59,090 nucleotides of DNA from Myxococcota bacterium (GCA_040386535.1 JAZKFH010000038.1:1-59090); one strand, 5' to 3'; counted from the stretch's first letter, positions 18,377 through 28,685 are shown. Notes: generated from the sequence alone by a model not told the origin. A program made the numbers and translations.

Positions 18377-20902
18377 ATGAAGTTGGTGGTCGCCGAGAAG
18401 CCGTCCGTGGCGAGAGACCTCGCCCGCGTGATCGGCGCGACCCACAAGGGCGAAGGGTGCATCGAGGGCGCCGGCGTGCGCGTGACGTGGTGCATCGGCC
18501 ACCTCGCCGAGCTCGAAGACCCCGCGCACTACCAGGCGGCATGGAAGCGGTGGTCGTTCGACACGCTGCCGATGATCCCCGAGAAGTTCGCGTTGCGTGT
18601 GCGCACCGGCGACATCCAGGCCCACTTCGCCGCGCTCAAGCGGATGTTGCGCGACCGCGAGATCACCGAGGTCATCAACGCGTGCGACGCCGGGCGTGAG
18701 GGCGAGCTCATCTTCCGGTACGTCTACGAGCTCGTCGGGTGCACGCGCCCCGTGCGCCGCCTGTGGACCAGCTCGCTCACCGACGAGGCCATCCGCCGCG
18801 CCTGGGGTGGCCTGCGGCCCGGCGACGACTTCGACGCGCTCGCCGACGCCGCCCGCTGCCGCTCCGAGGCCGACTGGCTCGTGGGGCTCAACGCCACGCG
18901 CGCGCTGACCTGCCTCGCGCGCCAGGGCGGCGGCGAACAGCTGCTCTCGGTGGGGCGCGTGCAGACGCCCACGCTCGCGATGATCGTCGCAAGGGACCGC
19001 GCCATCGCCGCGTTCGTGCCCGAGCCGTACTGGATGGTGAAGGCGCGGTTCGAGGCGGTGGAGGCAGCGGGCGGCGAGAAGGGAACCTGGGAAGCGACCT
19101 TCTTCCAGCGCGCGCAGGACCGCCCGTCCGGCCCCACCGGCGAGCGCCCCTCCGGAGAGCGCCCCGACGGCGCCGAGCCCGAAGCGCCCGTGGCCGAACG
19201 CATCCTCGACAAGGCGACCGCGGAGGCCATCGCCGCCGCCACGCTCGGGCGGCCGGGTACCGTCGCCGAGGCCGATCGCAAGCGGATCCGCGAGCAGCCG
19301 CCCCTGCTCTACGACCTGACCGCGCTCCAACGCCGCGCCAACGAGCGCTACGGGATCTCGGCGCCGAAGACGCTCCAGATCGCGCAGGCCCTCTACGAGA
19401 AGCACAAGCTCATCACGTATCCGCGTACCGACGCGCGCTACCTCACGCCCGACCAGGTGGGCGAGCTGCCGCGCGTGCTGGAGGGCCTCGCCGGGCTGCC
19501 CGCGTACAAACCGTTCGCTGACGCGCTGCTCGCCAACCCGATCAACCCCGGCCGCCGCGTGGTCGACGCCGCCGAGGTCGGCGACCACCACGCCATCCTG
19601 CCGACGGGGCGCACGCCCGACCCGTCGCGCCTCGATCCCGACGAGCGGCGCGTGTTCGATCTGGTTGCCCGGCGCCTCATGGCGGCGCTCTCGCCCGACG
19701 CCCTGTTCGACGCCACCACGCTGATCGTGCGCGTCACCCCGCCCGCGCCCGTCGATCCCGCGCTTCCGCCGCTGCTGTACCGCGCGCGCGGTCGGGTCTG
19801 CCGCGACCTCGGTTGGCGCGCGGTCGACCCGCCCGGAAAGAGCCGCGAGCTCGACCTCCCCAACGTGAACCCCGGCGATTCCGCCGCGGCCGCCGACGTG
19901 CGCGTGGTCGAGGAGAAGACGCGCCCGCCGCGCCCCTTCAACGACAGCACGCTGCTCGGCGCGATGGAGACCGCCGGCAAGACGCTGGACGACGACGCCC
20001 TGAAGCGCGCCATGCGCCACGCCGGCCTCGGCACGCCCGCCACGCGCGCCGCCATCCTCGAGACGCTCCTGGGCCGCCAATACGTCGAGCGCCAGGCGCG
20101 CGACCTGCGCGCCACCGACCGCGGCGCCGCGTTGATCGACGCCGTCCCGCTCGACGAGCTCAAGTCGGCCGAGCTCACCGGGCGCTGGGAGGCCCGCCTC
20201 GCCGCGATCGCGGAGGGCAAGGACGCGCGCGAGGACTTCATGCGCGACGTGGCCGATCACGTGCGCGAGGTGGTCGCCGCCATCGCGGGCGCCGCGCCGC
20301 CGCCCGCCGAGGTCTCCGACAAGGCCCCCACGACGCCGCTCGGCCCCTGCCCCGCGTGCGGCACGCCCGTGCGCGAAACGCCGATGGTGTTCGCCTGCGA
20401 CACCGGTCGCAGCTGCACGTTCGTGGTTTACAAGACGATGTCGACCCGCAAGATCAGCGCCCGCATGGTCAAGCAGCTCCTGAAGGACGGCCGCTCCGAG
20501 CTGGTCAAGGGCTTCAAGAGCAAGGCCGGCAAGCCGTTCGACGCGGCGCTGGAGTGGCGGGAGGGCAAGGTCCAGTTCGCCTTTCCGCCGCGGGAGATGG
20601 CGGCGCCCGGTGGGCCCCCGGGTCACGACGCCGCGCCCCCCGCCCGCAAGGCCGCCGCGCCCGCCCCCGCCGACCCGCCCGGCCGCCCGCCGTCCCAGAA
20701 GAGCGCGCCCATCTCCCCCGTAGGGCTCCCGTGCCCCTCCTGCACCGAGGGGCGCACCGTGCGCGGCAAGTCCGCGTGGGGCTGCGGGCGGTGGCGCGAG
20801 GGGTGCCGGTTCGTGCTGCCGTTCGAGGAGAAGGGCAAGGTGCTCACGGACGCGCAGGCGGTGACGCGCATCAAGAAGGCGTCGGCGGCGGCGCGATCGT
20901 AG
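18377..20902 (+). CDS. topB: DNA topoisomerase III
   Basis: AEKPSVA, NACDAGREGE, SVGRVQTP, catalytic ITYPRTD, GLGTPATRA; C-terminal Zn ribbons and GFKSKAGKPF. Confidence 0.93.
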   Translation: MKLVVAEKPSVARDLARVIGATHKGEGCIEGAGVRVTWCIGHLAELEDPAHYQAAWKRWSFDTLPMIPEKFALRVRTGDIQAHFAALKRMLRDREITEVINACDAGREGELIFRYVYELVGCTRPVRRLWTSSLTDEAIRRAWGGLRPGDDFDALADAARCRSEADWLVGLNATRALTCLARQGGGEQLLSVGRVQTPTLAMIVARDRAIAAFVPEPYWMVKARFEAVEAAGGEKGTWEATFFQRAQDRPSGPTGERPSGERPDGAEPEAPVAERILDKATAEAIAAATLGRPGTVAEADRKRIREQPPLLYDLTALQRRANERYGISAPKTLQIAQALYEKHKLITYPRTDARYLTPDQVGELPRVLEGLAGLPAYKPFADALLANPINPGRRVVDAAEVGDHHAILPTGRTPDPSRLDPDERRVFDLVARRLMAALSPDALFDATTLIVRVTPPAPVDPALPPLLYRARGRVCRDLGWRAVDPPGKSRELDLPNVNPGDSAAAADVRVVEEKTRPPRPFNDSTLLGAMETAGKTLDDDALKRAMRHAGLGTPATRAAILETLLGRQYVERQARDLRATDRGAALIDAVPLDELKSAELTGRWEARLAAIAEGKDAREDFMRDVADHVREVVAAIAGAAPPPAEVSDKAPTTPLGPCPACGTPVRETPMVFACDTGRSCTFVVYKTMSTRKISARMVKQLLKDGRSELVKGFKSKAGKPFDAALEWREGKVQFAFPPREMAAPGGPPGHDAAPPARKAAAPAPADPPGRPPSQKSAPISPVGLPCPSCTEGRTVRGKSAWGCGRWREGCRFVLPFEEKGKVLTDAQAVTRIKKASAAARS

Positions 20903-20953
20903 CGGGGTCGGTTTCCAGAGGGGCGCGCCCGCGGCCCCCTCGCGCTCCGAGCC

Positions 20954-21655
20954 CTACGCCCGCAACCCCGTCATCACCCGGTTGCTCGCGAGCTTCACGA
21001 ACAGCCCGCGTGCGCCGGCGAGCGCGAGCGCGGCGCTCACCTCGATGGGGATCTCGTTGTAGGCGCCCCACTCGTTGGTGTGGGTGGCCTCCATCTTCTC
21101 GCGGAGCCAGGTGTGCGCGCTCTTGGCGGCGCCGGTCGCGTCGTTCGTGTCGAGCGCGGTGGCGAAGCGGCGCCAGGGCAGGCCCAGGCCGGCGTCGGAC
21201 AGCTCGCAGGCGCGGGCGGCGGCCTGGAGCGTGGGCGCGTCCTCCAGGAGCGCGGCCGCGGCGAGACGGGCGTTGTGAACGGAGCCGGGCGGCGCGTCCG
21301 CCGTCTGGCGGAGGAAGGTGCGCGCGGCCTCGAGCGAGGCGGCGCGGCGCTCGTGGGGGGCGAGCGCGAGGGCGAGCAGGCCGCGCGTGGCGGCGAAGTC
21401 GGCGTAGGAGCCGGGCTTGACCCGCCCCTCGCTCACGGCGTCGATCCATTCGACCATGCGGCGGCCGGCGCGGTCGACCAGGGCCAGTGCGTCCGCCTCG
21501 CGGTTGAGCAGGCACGCCGCCGACGCCGAGCGCAGCAGGTGGTTGACCACGTTGTGGTACTCGACGACCGCGAGGTAGCGGCCCTCGTACAGATCGACGC
21601 GCAGGAGCGCGCCGGTCAACCGCTCGCTGTCGACGACGTCAGGCCAGAGAGACAT
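20954..21655 (-). CDS. Hypothetical helical protein, possibly Imm49-like immunity protein
   Basis: All-alpha; C-terminus IPIEVSAALALAGARGLFVKLAS resembles the Imm49 terminal motif (from recall). Confidence 0.45.
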   Translation of the reverse strand: MSLWPDVVDSERLTGALLRVDLYEGRYLAVVEYHNVVNHLLRSASAACLLNREADALALVDRAGRRMVEWIDAVSEGRVKPGSYADFAATRGLLALALAPHERRAASLEAARTFLRQTADAPPGSVHNARLAAAALLEDAPTLQAAARACELSDAGLGLPWRRFATALDTNDATGAAKSAHTWLREKMEATHTNEWGAYNEIPIEVSAALALAGARGLFVKLASNRVMTGLRA

Positions 21656-21715
21656 CGGCACCACCGGTGGTTCGGGGAGCCCGGCGGTCGGAGGGCGCCG
21701 GGCGGAAAAGCGAAG

Positions 21716-21750
21716 CGGGGGCACATTCGCGGTGTGCGAATGTGCCCCCG
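21716..21750 (-). terminator. Intrinsic terminator after the tRNA cluster
   Basis: Perfect 15-bp stem cgggggcacattcgc/gcgaatgtgcccccg followed on the minus strand by cttcgctttt. Confidence 0.8.
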
Positions 21751-21754
21751 ACAA

Positions 21755-21831
21755 TGGTGCATCCTGAGAGGCTCGAACTCCCAACCTTCTGATCCGTAGT
21801 CAGATGCTCTATCCAATTGAGCTAAGGATGC
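21755..21831 (-). tRNA. tRNA-Arg(ACG)
   Basis: GCATCCTTAGCTCAATTGGATAGAGCATCTGACTACGGATCAG...GTTCGAG...GGATGCACCA cloverleaf with encoded CCA. Confidence 0.97.
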
Positions 21832-21855
21832 ATATTCTCAATGTCTACACGTAGA

Positions 21856-21946
21856 TGGCGGAGACGGAGGGATTTGAACCCTCGGTACGCTTTTGGCATA
21901 CACTCGCTTAGCAAGCGAGCACCTTCGGCCACTCGGTCACGTCTCC
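21856..21946 (-). tRNA. tRNA-Ser(GCT)
   Basis: GGAGACG...CTCGC-TTGCTAA-GCGAG, long variable arm, GTTCAAAT, CGTCTCCGCCA. Confidence 0.96.
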
Positions 21947-21997
21947 ATGTATCTCGCTGCGCTGCCGCAGCCAATCCCCAGCTGATCTTACAGACAG

Positions 21998-22086
21998 TGG
22001 AGGAGGTGGTGGGGTTCGAACCCACGGCCCCTTGTGAGGGCTGCGGTTTTCAAGACCGCTGCCTTAAACCGCTCGGCCACACCTCC
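21998..22086 (-). tRNA. tRNA-Ser(TGA)
   Basis: GGAGGTG...GCGGT-CTTGAAA-ACCGC, long variable arm, GTTCGAAC, CACCTCCTCCA. Confidence 0.96.
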
Positions 22087-22105
22087 GGGGTGAGGCCCAC
22101 TGCAT

Positions 22106-23407
22106 TTATAGCCCCGCGTGGATTCGGTCAAGGCCTCTCATGTACGGTCGCAGCGCTTCGGGCACGATTACGCTGCCGTCCGGCTCCTGGTAGTTCTCCA
22201 GGATGGCCACCAGCGTGCGCCCCACGGCCAGGGCCGAGCCGTTGAGCGTGTGGAGGAACGTCGTCTTCTTCTCGCCCTCGCGCTTGAAGCGGAGCTTGAG
22301 GCGGCGCGCCTGGAAGTCGTTGAAGTTCGTGCACGAGCTGATCTCGCGGTAGGCCTGCTGCCCGGGGAGCCACACCTCGAGGTCGTAGCCGCGGGCGCCG
22401 CCGAAGCCGACGTCGCCGGCGCAACGCGCGACCACCTGGTACGGCAGGCCGAGGCGCTGGAGGCAGGCCTCCGCGTGCGCGGTGATGGTCTCCAGCGCGG
22501 CCGCGCTCTCCTCGGGGCGCACGATGTGCACCACCTCGACCTTGTGGAACTGGTGCACGCGGATGAGCCCGCGCGTGTCGCGGCCCGCGGCGCCCGCCTC
22601 GGAGCGGAAACACGGCGTGAACGCGCAGTAGCGGATGGGGAGCGCCGCATCCTCCAGGATCTCGTCCTGGTGCAGGTTCGTGACGGGCACCTCGGCGGTG
22701 GGGATGAGGAACGCGTCCTCTCCCGCGAGCTGCGTCGTGAGCTTGAAGAGATCCGCCTCGAACTTCGGCAGCTGGGTGGTGCCGACCAGCGCGCTGCGCC
22801 GCACGAGGTACGGCACCATGACCTCGCGGTAGCCGTGCTCGCTCACGTGCATGTCGAGGAAGAACTGCACCAGCGCGCGCTCGAGCTGGGCGAGGGCCCC
22901 GGAGAGCACGTAGAAGCGCGAGCCCGCGATCTTCGCGGCGCGTTCGGGGTCGTACATGCCCAGCGCCACGGCGAGATCGTCGTGCAGGCGGCCCTCGGCG
23001 CGCGGCGTGCCCCACTTGCGCAACACCGGGTTCTGCGCGTCGCCCGCGCCGTTCGGTGTGGCCGGATCGACCAGGTTGGGCAGCCCGAGGAGCAGATCGA
23101 GCTCCTCCGCCTCGATGCCGACGAGCTCGGCGTCGAGCTGGGCGGCGCGCTCGGTGGCGGCGCGCACCTCCGCCTTCATCGCGTCGGCCTCGTCCTTCTG
23201 GCCGGCCTTCATCGCGGCGCCGATTTTCGGGGAGAGCTCGTTGCGCGTGGCGCGGCAGCGATCGCCCTCGGTGGAGAGGGCGCGGCGGCGGGCCACGAGC
23301 GCGACGAGGCGATCCACCAGGGCGAGCGTGTCCGGGCCGGCGTGACGACGCGCGAGGCTCGCGCGGACCAGGTCGGGGTTGGTGGCGAACAGGTTCGGAT
23401 CGAGCAT
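22106..23407 (-). CDS. serS: Seryl-tRNA synthetase
   Basis: N-terminal coiled coil, LIPTAEVP, CFRSEAG, RVHQFHKVE, EISSC and HTLNGS motifs. Confidence 0.98.
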   Translation of the reverse strand: MLDPNLFATNPDLVRASLARRHAGPDTLALVDRLVALVARRRALSTEGDRCRATRNELSPKIGAAMKAGQKDEADAMKAEVRAATERAAQLDAELVGIEAEELDLLLGLPNLVDPATPNGAGDAQNPVLRKWGTPRAEGRLHDDLAVALGMYDPERAAKIAGSRFYVLSGALAQLERALVQFFLDMHVSEHGYREVMVPYLVRRSALVGTTQLPKFEADLFKLTTQLAGEDAFLIPTAEVPVTNLHQDEILEDAALPIRYCAFTPCFRSEAGAAGRDTRGLIRVHQFHKVEVVHIVRPEESAAALETITAHAEACLQRLGLPYQVVARCAGDVGFGGARGYDLEVWLPGQQAYREISSCTNFNDFQARRLKLRFKREGEKKTTFLHTLNGSALAVGRTLVAILENYQEPDGSVIVPEALRPYMRGLDRIHAGL

Positions 23408-23425
23408 GGTGCGGCGTCTAACCGG

Positions 23426-24508
23426 CTACCCCCCGAGCGTGGCCGATCCGTCTCCGCCGTTCCCGCCGATCTCCTTGGCCTCGCGGGCGTTGTGGCGCAG
23501 CGAGCTCCACAAGGCCAGCGCGATGAAGCCCGCGCCGATGAGGCCGGTGACGACCTCGGGCACGTGCACGAACGTCTTGAGGAACATGATGACGGCGAGC
23601 GCGATGATCGCGTAGAACGCGCCATGTTCGAGGTAGCGGTACTCGGCGAGGGTGCCCTTCTCCACCAGCATGATGGTCAGGCTGCGGACGAACATGGCGC
23701 CGGTGCCGAGGCCGATGGCGATGACGAACAGGTTGTTCGACAGGGCGAAGGCGCCGATCACGCCGTCGAAGCTGAAGCTGGCGTCGAGCACCTCGAGGTA
23801 GAGGAACGACGCGAGACCCGAGCGGACCGCGAGCCCCTGCGCTTCGGAGGCGGCGTCGAGCACGGCGCTGACGCCGTCGACCGCGATGTAGGTGAGGAGG
23901 CCCGCGATGCCCATCGTGAGGAAGGTGAGCTGCTCGTGATCGTGGAGCTGGGTGGACACGCCCCAGAGCAGGAGCAGGCAGACGCCGATCTGCACGGCCT
24001 CGATGCGGCCGAGCTGGGCGAGCGGGCGCTCGATCCAGCCGATCCAGAAGATCTCCTTCTCGAAGTCGATGAAGTGCTTGAGCCCGACCATCGCGAGGAA
24101 CGCGCCGCCGAACGCCGAGACCGAGATGTGGGCGCTCGAGATGATCTTCGAGTACTCGTCGGGGTCGGTGGCGGCGAGCACGATGGCGTCGATCGGGCCG
24201 ATGTGGGCGATGATCGACACGATCGCGAGCGGGAACACGATGCGCATGCCGAACACGGCGATGGCGATGCCCCACGTGATGAAGCGGCGGCGCCACAACT
24301 CGTCCATGTCCTTGAGCACCGTGGCGTTGACCACGGCGTTGTCGAACGAGAGCGAGATCTCGAGGATCGACAACACGAAGACGATGAAGGCCGACTGGAG
24401 TCCACCGGATACCGTGCCCGAGTAGTAGTACCCGATGCCACCGCCGAGCACGATGCCGAGCAGCGCGGTCGCGATCGAGCCGCCGAAATATTTGAGGTTG
24501 CCGCCCAT
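23426..24508 (-). CDS. DUF475 (TerC-like) membrane protein
   Basis: EISLSFDNAVVNA, FLYLEVLDASFSFDGVIGAFA and YLEHGA motifs. Confidence 0.9.
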   Translation of the reverse strand: MGGNLKYFGGSIATALLGIVLGGGIGYYYSGTVSGGLQSAFIVFVLSILEISLSFDNAVVNATVLKDMDELWRRRFITWGIAIAVFGMRIVFPLAIVSIIAHIGPIDAIVLAATDPDEYSKIISSAHISVSAFGGAFLAMVGLKHFIDFEKEIFWIGWIERPLAQLGRIEAVQIGVCLLLLWGVSTQLHDHEQLTFLTMGIAGLLTYIAVDGVSAVLDAASEAQGLAVRSGLASFLYLEVLDASFSFDGVIGAFALSNNLFVIAIGLGTGAMFVRSLTIMLVEKGTLAEYRYLEHGAFYAIIALAVIMFLKTFVHVPEVVTGLIGAGFIALALWSSLRHNAREAKEIGGNGGDGSATLGG

Positions 24509-24655
24509 CAAGTGTGCCCGGTCTGGAGGAGGGCGACGTCTAACCGCTCCGCGGCGCTCTCCCGGTACGGGAAGTGGCGATGGTGCGGAGGGTCACGCGT
24601 CACCAGCAGGGCTCGCGTCGGCCGCGCCGGGGCATACTGCGCGCGGAGGCTCCGC

Positions 24656-25372
24656 ATGCGAACGGTGCTCGTGCTCGCGCTGGCGGGCTGCGCGCAGGTC
24701 ATCCAGCTCGACGAGGCGCTGCCCGTGCGCAGCATCGTGGAGGCGTGCGACGCCCGGGAGCCCACGCGCGTCACGCTCGAGGTGAGCTTCCCCAAGCGCG
24801 GCCCGGGCTGCGACTGGGGCGAGGACGGCAACCTGGAGCCCGCGCAGGGGGTCATCACCGCGCGCACGGAGGATCTCGTGGCGCTCGACATGCCGTCGGG
24901 CGTGGCGCTCTGCGACGTGTCGTTCGACTTCCAAGGGCCGGATCCCGACGCCGAGCAGATCCTTCGGTACGACGACAGCTTCCTGCTCACCCTCGACGAG
25001 GTGGTCCTCGTCGCCAGCTACGGGCCCGCGGTGGACTCGTTCGCGCAGGACGGGCACCTGCGCCTGTACGACTGGGAGCGGCTCGCGGGGACCCCGTTCA
25101 CGCTGGAGGAGTCCGAGGTGTACTGCCTCGGCGCGGCGGAGGGCCTCTCGACGTGCACCGTGCCGCCGCCGGAGACGGAGGGGGTGATCGCGCTCGAGTA
25201 CGACGCCGAGATCATCGAGCAGGTCGCGGACTACGCCTTCCGCGAGCAGCGGTACGCGTTCACGTTCGTCACCGTGGGGGACAACGACGCGGCGCTCGAC
25301 TGCTCGCACGCCGCGTTCCAATTCGCGGTCGACGTGGCCTACGTGCCCTACGTCGCCTACGAGGCGCCATGA
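24656..25372 (+). CDS. Hypothetical lipoprotein
   Basis: GGAGG RBS, MRTVLVLALAGC lipobox, several Cys; stop overlaps the next ATG. Confidence 0.75.
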   Translation: MRTVLVLALAGCAQVIQLDEALPVRSIVEACDAREPTRVTLEVSFPKRGPGCDWGEDGNLEPAQGVITARTEDLVALDMPSGVALCDVSFDFQGPDPDAEQILRYDDSFLLTLDEVVLVASYGPAVDSFAQDGHLRLYDWERLAGTPFTLEESEVYCLGAAEGLSTCTVPPPETEGVIALEYDAEIIEQVADYAFREQRYAFTFVTVGDNDAALDCSHAAFQFAVDVAYVPYVAYEAP

Positions 25373-26682
25373 CCGGACAGCTCAAGCGGACGATGGGCCT
25401 CGGCGCCCTGGTGATCTACGGCGTCGGCGACATGCTCGGCGCCGGCATCTACGGGCTGGTCGGCAAGGCCGCGGGGCTGATGGGCCATCTGATGTGGCTC
25501 GGCTTCTGCGGGGCCATGCTCGCGGCGCTGTTCACGGGGCTCTCCTACGCGTGCATCGGCTCGCGCTACCCGCGGGCCGCGGGCGCCGCCTACGTGACCG
25601 AGCGCGCCTACGGGCGGCCCTGGCTCACCTGGCTCGTGGGCCTCGGGGTGGCTGCCTCGGGGCTGACTTCGATGGCGACCGGGTCGCGCGTCATCGCCGG
25701 CTACGTGCAGCGCCTCGGGATCGACCTCCCCACGCCGCTGCTCGCGATCACCGCGCTCGTGCTCGTGGCGGCGGTGGTGTTCCGCGGCATGCGCGAGAGC
25801 ACGTGGTTCAACATCGTGTGCACGAGCGTCGAGGTGGCCGGGCTCCTGTTCGTCATCGCGGTCGGGATCCCCTACTGGGGCGGCGTAGACCTGACGACAC
25901 CGCCCGCGGGCGCCGAGGACACGACCGCCATCGCGCGCATCCTCGTGCAGGGCGCGGTGCTGACGTTCTTCTCGTTCATCGGCTTCGAGGACCTGCTGAA
26001 CGTGGCCGAGGAGGCCAAGGACCCCGAGCGCAACCTGCCGATCGCGCTCGTCATCGCGCTCGTCATCGCGACGGTCATCTACCTCGCGGTGTGCGTCACG
26101 GCGCTCTCCGTGCTCAGCCCGGAGGAGCTCGGCGCGTCCAAGGCGGCGCTGGTCGACGTGGTGGGGCGCGCGGCCCCCTGGTTCCCGCCCATGGCGTTCG
26201 TCGGCATCGGCATCTTTGCCGTCGCCAACACGGCGCTGCTCAACTTCGTGATGGGCTCGCGCCTGCTCTACGGCATGAGCCGCCAGGGCCTCCTGCCGCG
26301 CACGCTCGGGGCGGTGCACCCCACGCGCCACACGCCGCACCACGCGATCCTGCTCCTGCTCGGCATCGTGAGCGTACTGATGCTCACCGCCGACATCGAC
26401 GCGCTGGCGTCGGCTACGTCGCTGCTGCTGCTCACCGCGTTCGTGGTGGTGAACACCGCGCTCATCGTGCTCAAGCTGAAGCCGGAGGAGGCGCGCGGCC
26501 GCTTCGAGGTGCCGATGGTGGTGCCGGTGCTCGGCGCGCTCATCTGCGCGGCGCTGATTGTGGCCCGCGTGTTCGATCCGTCCGCCGATCCGCGCGCCCC
26601 GCTGGTCACCGCGGGCATCCTCGCCGCGCTGGCGCTGCTCTACGCGGTGGTGCGGCCGAAGGCGGGGTTGGTGGAGAAGTAA
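25369..26682 (+). CDS. APC-family amino acid permease
   Basis: GVG.MLGAGIY, PRAAG, FSFIGFE and SRLLYGM motifs; about 12 TM segments. Confidence 0.93.
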   Translation: MTGQLKRTMGLGALVIYGVGDMLGAGIYGLVGKAAGLMGHLMWLGFCGAMLAALFTGLSYACIGSRYPRAAGAAYVTERAYGRPWLTWLVGLGVAASGLTSMATGSRVIAGYVQRLGIDLPTPLLAITALVLVAAVVFRGMRESTWFNIVCTSVEVAGLLFVIAVGIPYWGGVDLTTPPAGAEDTTAIARILVQGAVLTFFSFIGFEDLLNVAEEAKDPERNLPIALVIALVIATVIYLAVCVTALSVLSPEELGASKAALVDVVGRAAPWFPPMAFVGIGIFAVANTALLNFVMGSRLLYGMSRQGLLPRTLGAVHPTRHTPHHAILLLLGIVSVLMLTADIDALASATSLLLLTAFVVVNTALIVLKLKPEEARGRFEVPMVVPVLGALICAALIVARVFDPSADPRAPLVTAGILAALALLYAVVRPKAGLVEK

Positions 26683-26739
26683 CAAATCGCAGCGCTGGAG
26701 CTCCGCGAAGCGCGGGCGCGGCAGGGATACCGGGGGCTC

Positions 26740-27774
26740 ATGCGTACCCTCCGCCTGCTGCCGCTGCTGCTGTTGAGCCTCCCCGCCGTCGCCTACGAGA
26801 CCGACCAGCTCGTCGGCCGCCACAAGCCGATCGATTCGGGCCTCGCCATCGCGAACGCCCGCGTCGACGAGCTGCTCCGCACCGCCGTGGAGCGCACCAA
26901 CAAGAAGACGAGCTGCAAGGGCTCGGACGAGCGCACCCGCCGCGTGCTCGCCACCGAGATCGACAAGCTGTTCTCCCCGTCGACCTACGTGTCGAACCGC
27001 GGCCAGTGGGAGGACGGCCTCGGGTTCGGCGCGTACACCGCGTGGTTGGAGATGTCCGAGGTCGATCGCCTGACGTTCCTGGACCGCTCGGACATCTACG
27101 GCGCGTTGCGGCCCGCCGAGTCGATGATCGTGAGCGCGGTCGGCGTGTGCAGCACCATCGAGCTGGCCGGGGTGCGCTTGGGCACCGACAAGACCGACCA
27201 CTTCTGGGCCCAGGGCTACCAGTACGAGCGCAAGAGCAAGTGGGGGAAGAAGCCCGAGAAGGCGGTGGACTGGGGCACGAAGACCGAGTTCGGGCACTAC
27301 GGGCTCCTCACCTCGACCGTCTTCAGCTTCGCCGACCTGCACGCGAACTGGCGGGGCTTCCAGTTCTACCAGGGCCTGCTCGGCCGGGAGAGCGTGGTGC
27401 AACGCGGCGAGGACGGGTGCGCGGCGGTGGTCGGAAAATTCGACTGGAAGGACTGGGTCGACGACGGGATGGACGAGGTGCTGAACCCCTCCTACCTGCC
27501 CGAGGTGGTCGAGGAGTCCGTGCGCAAGCGCCTCCAGGCGGACAAGGCCGCGATCTGCGAGGGGTTCGACACGTGGGGGGCGGACTACGAGGCCCGTCGT
27601 GACCGCGTGATCCACGAGACCGTGAACGAATACACGGTGGATGCGCCCAAACGTGTCGACCAGCTGGGCCTCGTCGAGCTGTGCGCGCCCTCCACGCGGC
27701 CCGATGTCGCCTCCGCCGGCGCCCCGAACCCGACCGTGGGCGCGGCCGCCGGCGCGGTTCCTGTCGAGCCCTAA
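26740..27774 (+). CDS. Hypothetical secreted protein
   Basis: Signal peptide ending AVA-YETD; GTDK..HF and S.ADL.AN..G motifs; strong GC3 bias. Confidence 0.75.
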   Translation: MRTLRLLPLLLLSLPAVAYETDQLVGRHKPIDSGLAIANARVDELLRTAVERTNKKTSCKGSDERTRRVLATEIDKLFSPSTYVSNRGQWEDGLGFGAYTAWLEMSEVDRLTFLDRSDIYGALRPAESMIVSAVGVCSTIELAGVRLGTDKTDHFWAQGYQYERKSKWGKKPEKAVDWGTKTEFGHYGLLTSTVFSFADLHANWRGFQFYQGLLGRESVVQRGEDGCAAVVGKFDWKDWVDDGMDEVLNPSYLPEVVEESVRKRLQADKAAICEGFDTWGADYEARRDRVIHETVNEYTVDAPKRVDQLGLVELCAPSTRPDVASAGAPNPTVGAAAGAVPVEP

Positions 27775-28685
27775 GGACCCGCCCGGCGCTTCCGCGCGCC
27801 CCAGAACGGCAGCACCGCGGAGCACACCACCAGCACGGCCATGCCGAAGCGGGCGCGGGCGTCGGGCACCTGGTCGAGCAGGCCCCAGCCGAGAAGCGTC
27901 GTGAGGAGCGGGCTCGCGGCGCCGGCGGCGGCCACGGAGGCGACGTGCCCGTCGCGGTAGGCGGCGGTCATGAGGAGCTGGGCAGCGGTCGCGGCGAGGC
28001 CCGCGCCCACGAGGTAGCCGGCGGTGGCGAGGTCGACTGGGAGGCGCGCGCCGGTGGCGAGCATCAGCACGATCGACGCGAGCGACGACATGAGCGTGAA
28101 CCAGAACACGATGGTGGCGGGTGAGTTGGTGGCCGCCGCCTTGTTGACCGACACGTAGGCGCCCGCCGCCGCCACGCCGCTCACGAGGCCGAGGGCGCGG
28201 CCGAGGGTGTCGTCGGCGCCGGGCCGGGGGTGTGCGAGCAGGCCCACGCCCGCGAGCGAGCCGACGATGGCGACCCACGCCGCGGCGCTCGTTGCCTGGC
28301 CGAGCAGCCACGGCGCGAGCAGCGCGACCCATACGGCGCTGGTCTGGTTGAGGAACGCGGCCTCGCCGACGGAGAGGTACCGGATGGACGCGAAGTACGT
28401 CAGCATCGCGAACCCGCCGAACAGGCCGCGGGCCCAAAGCGCGGGGCGGGCGTCGCCCACGAGCCGCAAGGGCGCCCGCCAGGAGATCACCACCAACGCG
28501 AGCAGGTTCACGACGGAGCGGGCGGCGCTGCTCGTGAACGTGGAGAGGCCGGGGTCCTGCCGGTGCGCGAACCCCACGCACGTCGCCATCACCGCGAACA
28601 GCGCGGAGCCGACGAGCATCCAGACGATCGCCCGCGCGGCCCCTCCCCCACCCGACGGCACGGGGGGCGGCACGCGGTACGGCAC
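27771..28685 (-). CDS. DMT/EamA-family transporter
   Basis: About 10 hydrophobic helices in two EamA-like halves; start uncertain. Confidence 0.85.
   Translation of the reverse strand: MPYRVPPPVPSGGGGAARAIVWMLVGSALFAVMATCVGFAHRQDPGLSTFTSSAARSVVNLLALVVISWRAPLRLVGDARPALWARGLFGGFAMLTYFASIRYLSVGEAAFLNQTSAVWVALLAPWLLGQATSAAAWVAIVGSLAGVGLLAHPRPGADDTLGRALGLVSGVAAAGAYVSVNKAAATNSPATIVFWFTLMSSLASIVLMLATGARLPVDLATAGYLVGAGLAATAAQLLMTAAYRDGHVASVAAAGAASPLLTTLLGWGLLDQVPDARARFGMAVLVVCSAVLPFWGARKRRAGP

Noticed and set aside
21998..22086. Selenocysteine or suppressor tRNA
   Set aside because: The anticodon is TGA (reads UCA, Ser), not TCA; the acceptor stem is a normal 7 bp.
22118..24655. N-terminal part of the 1084-aa plus-strand ORF
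   Set aside because: Antisense to serS and DUF475; only the part from ATG 24656 has an RBS and lipobox.
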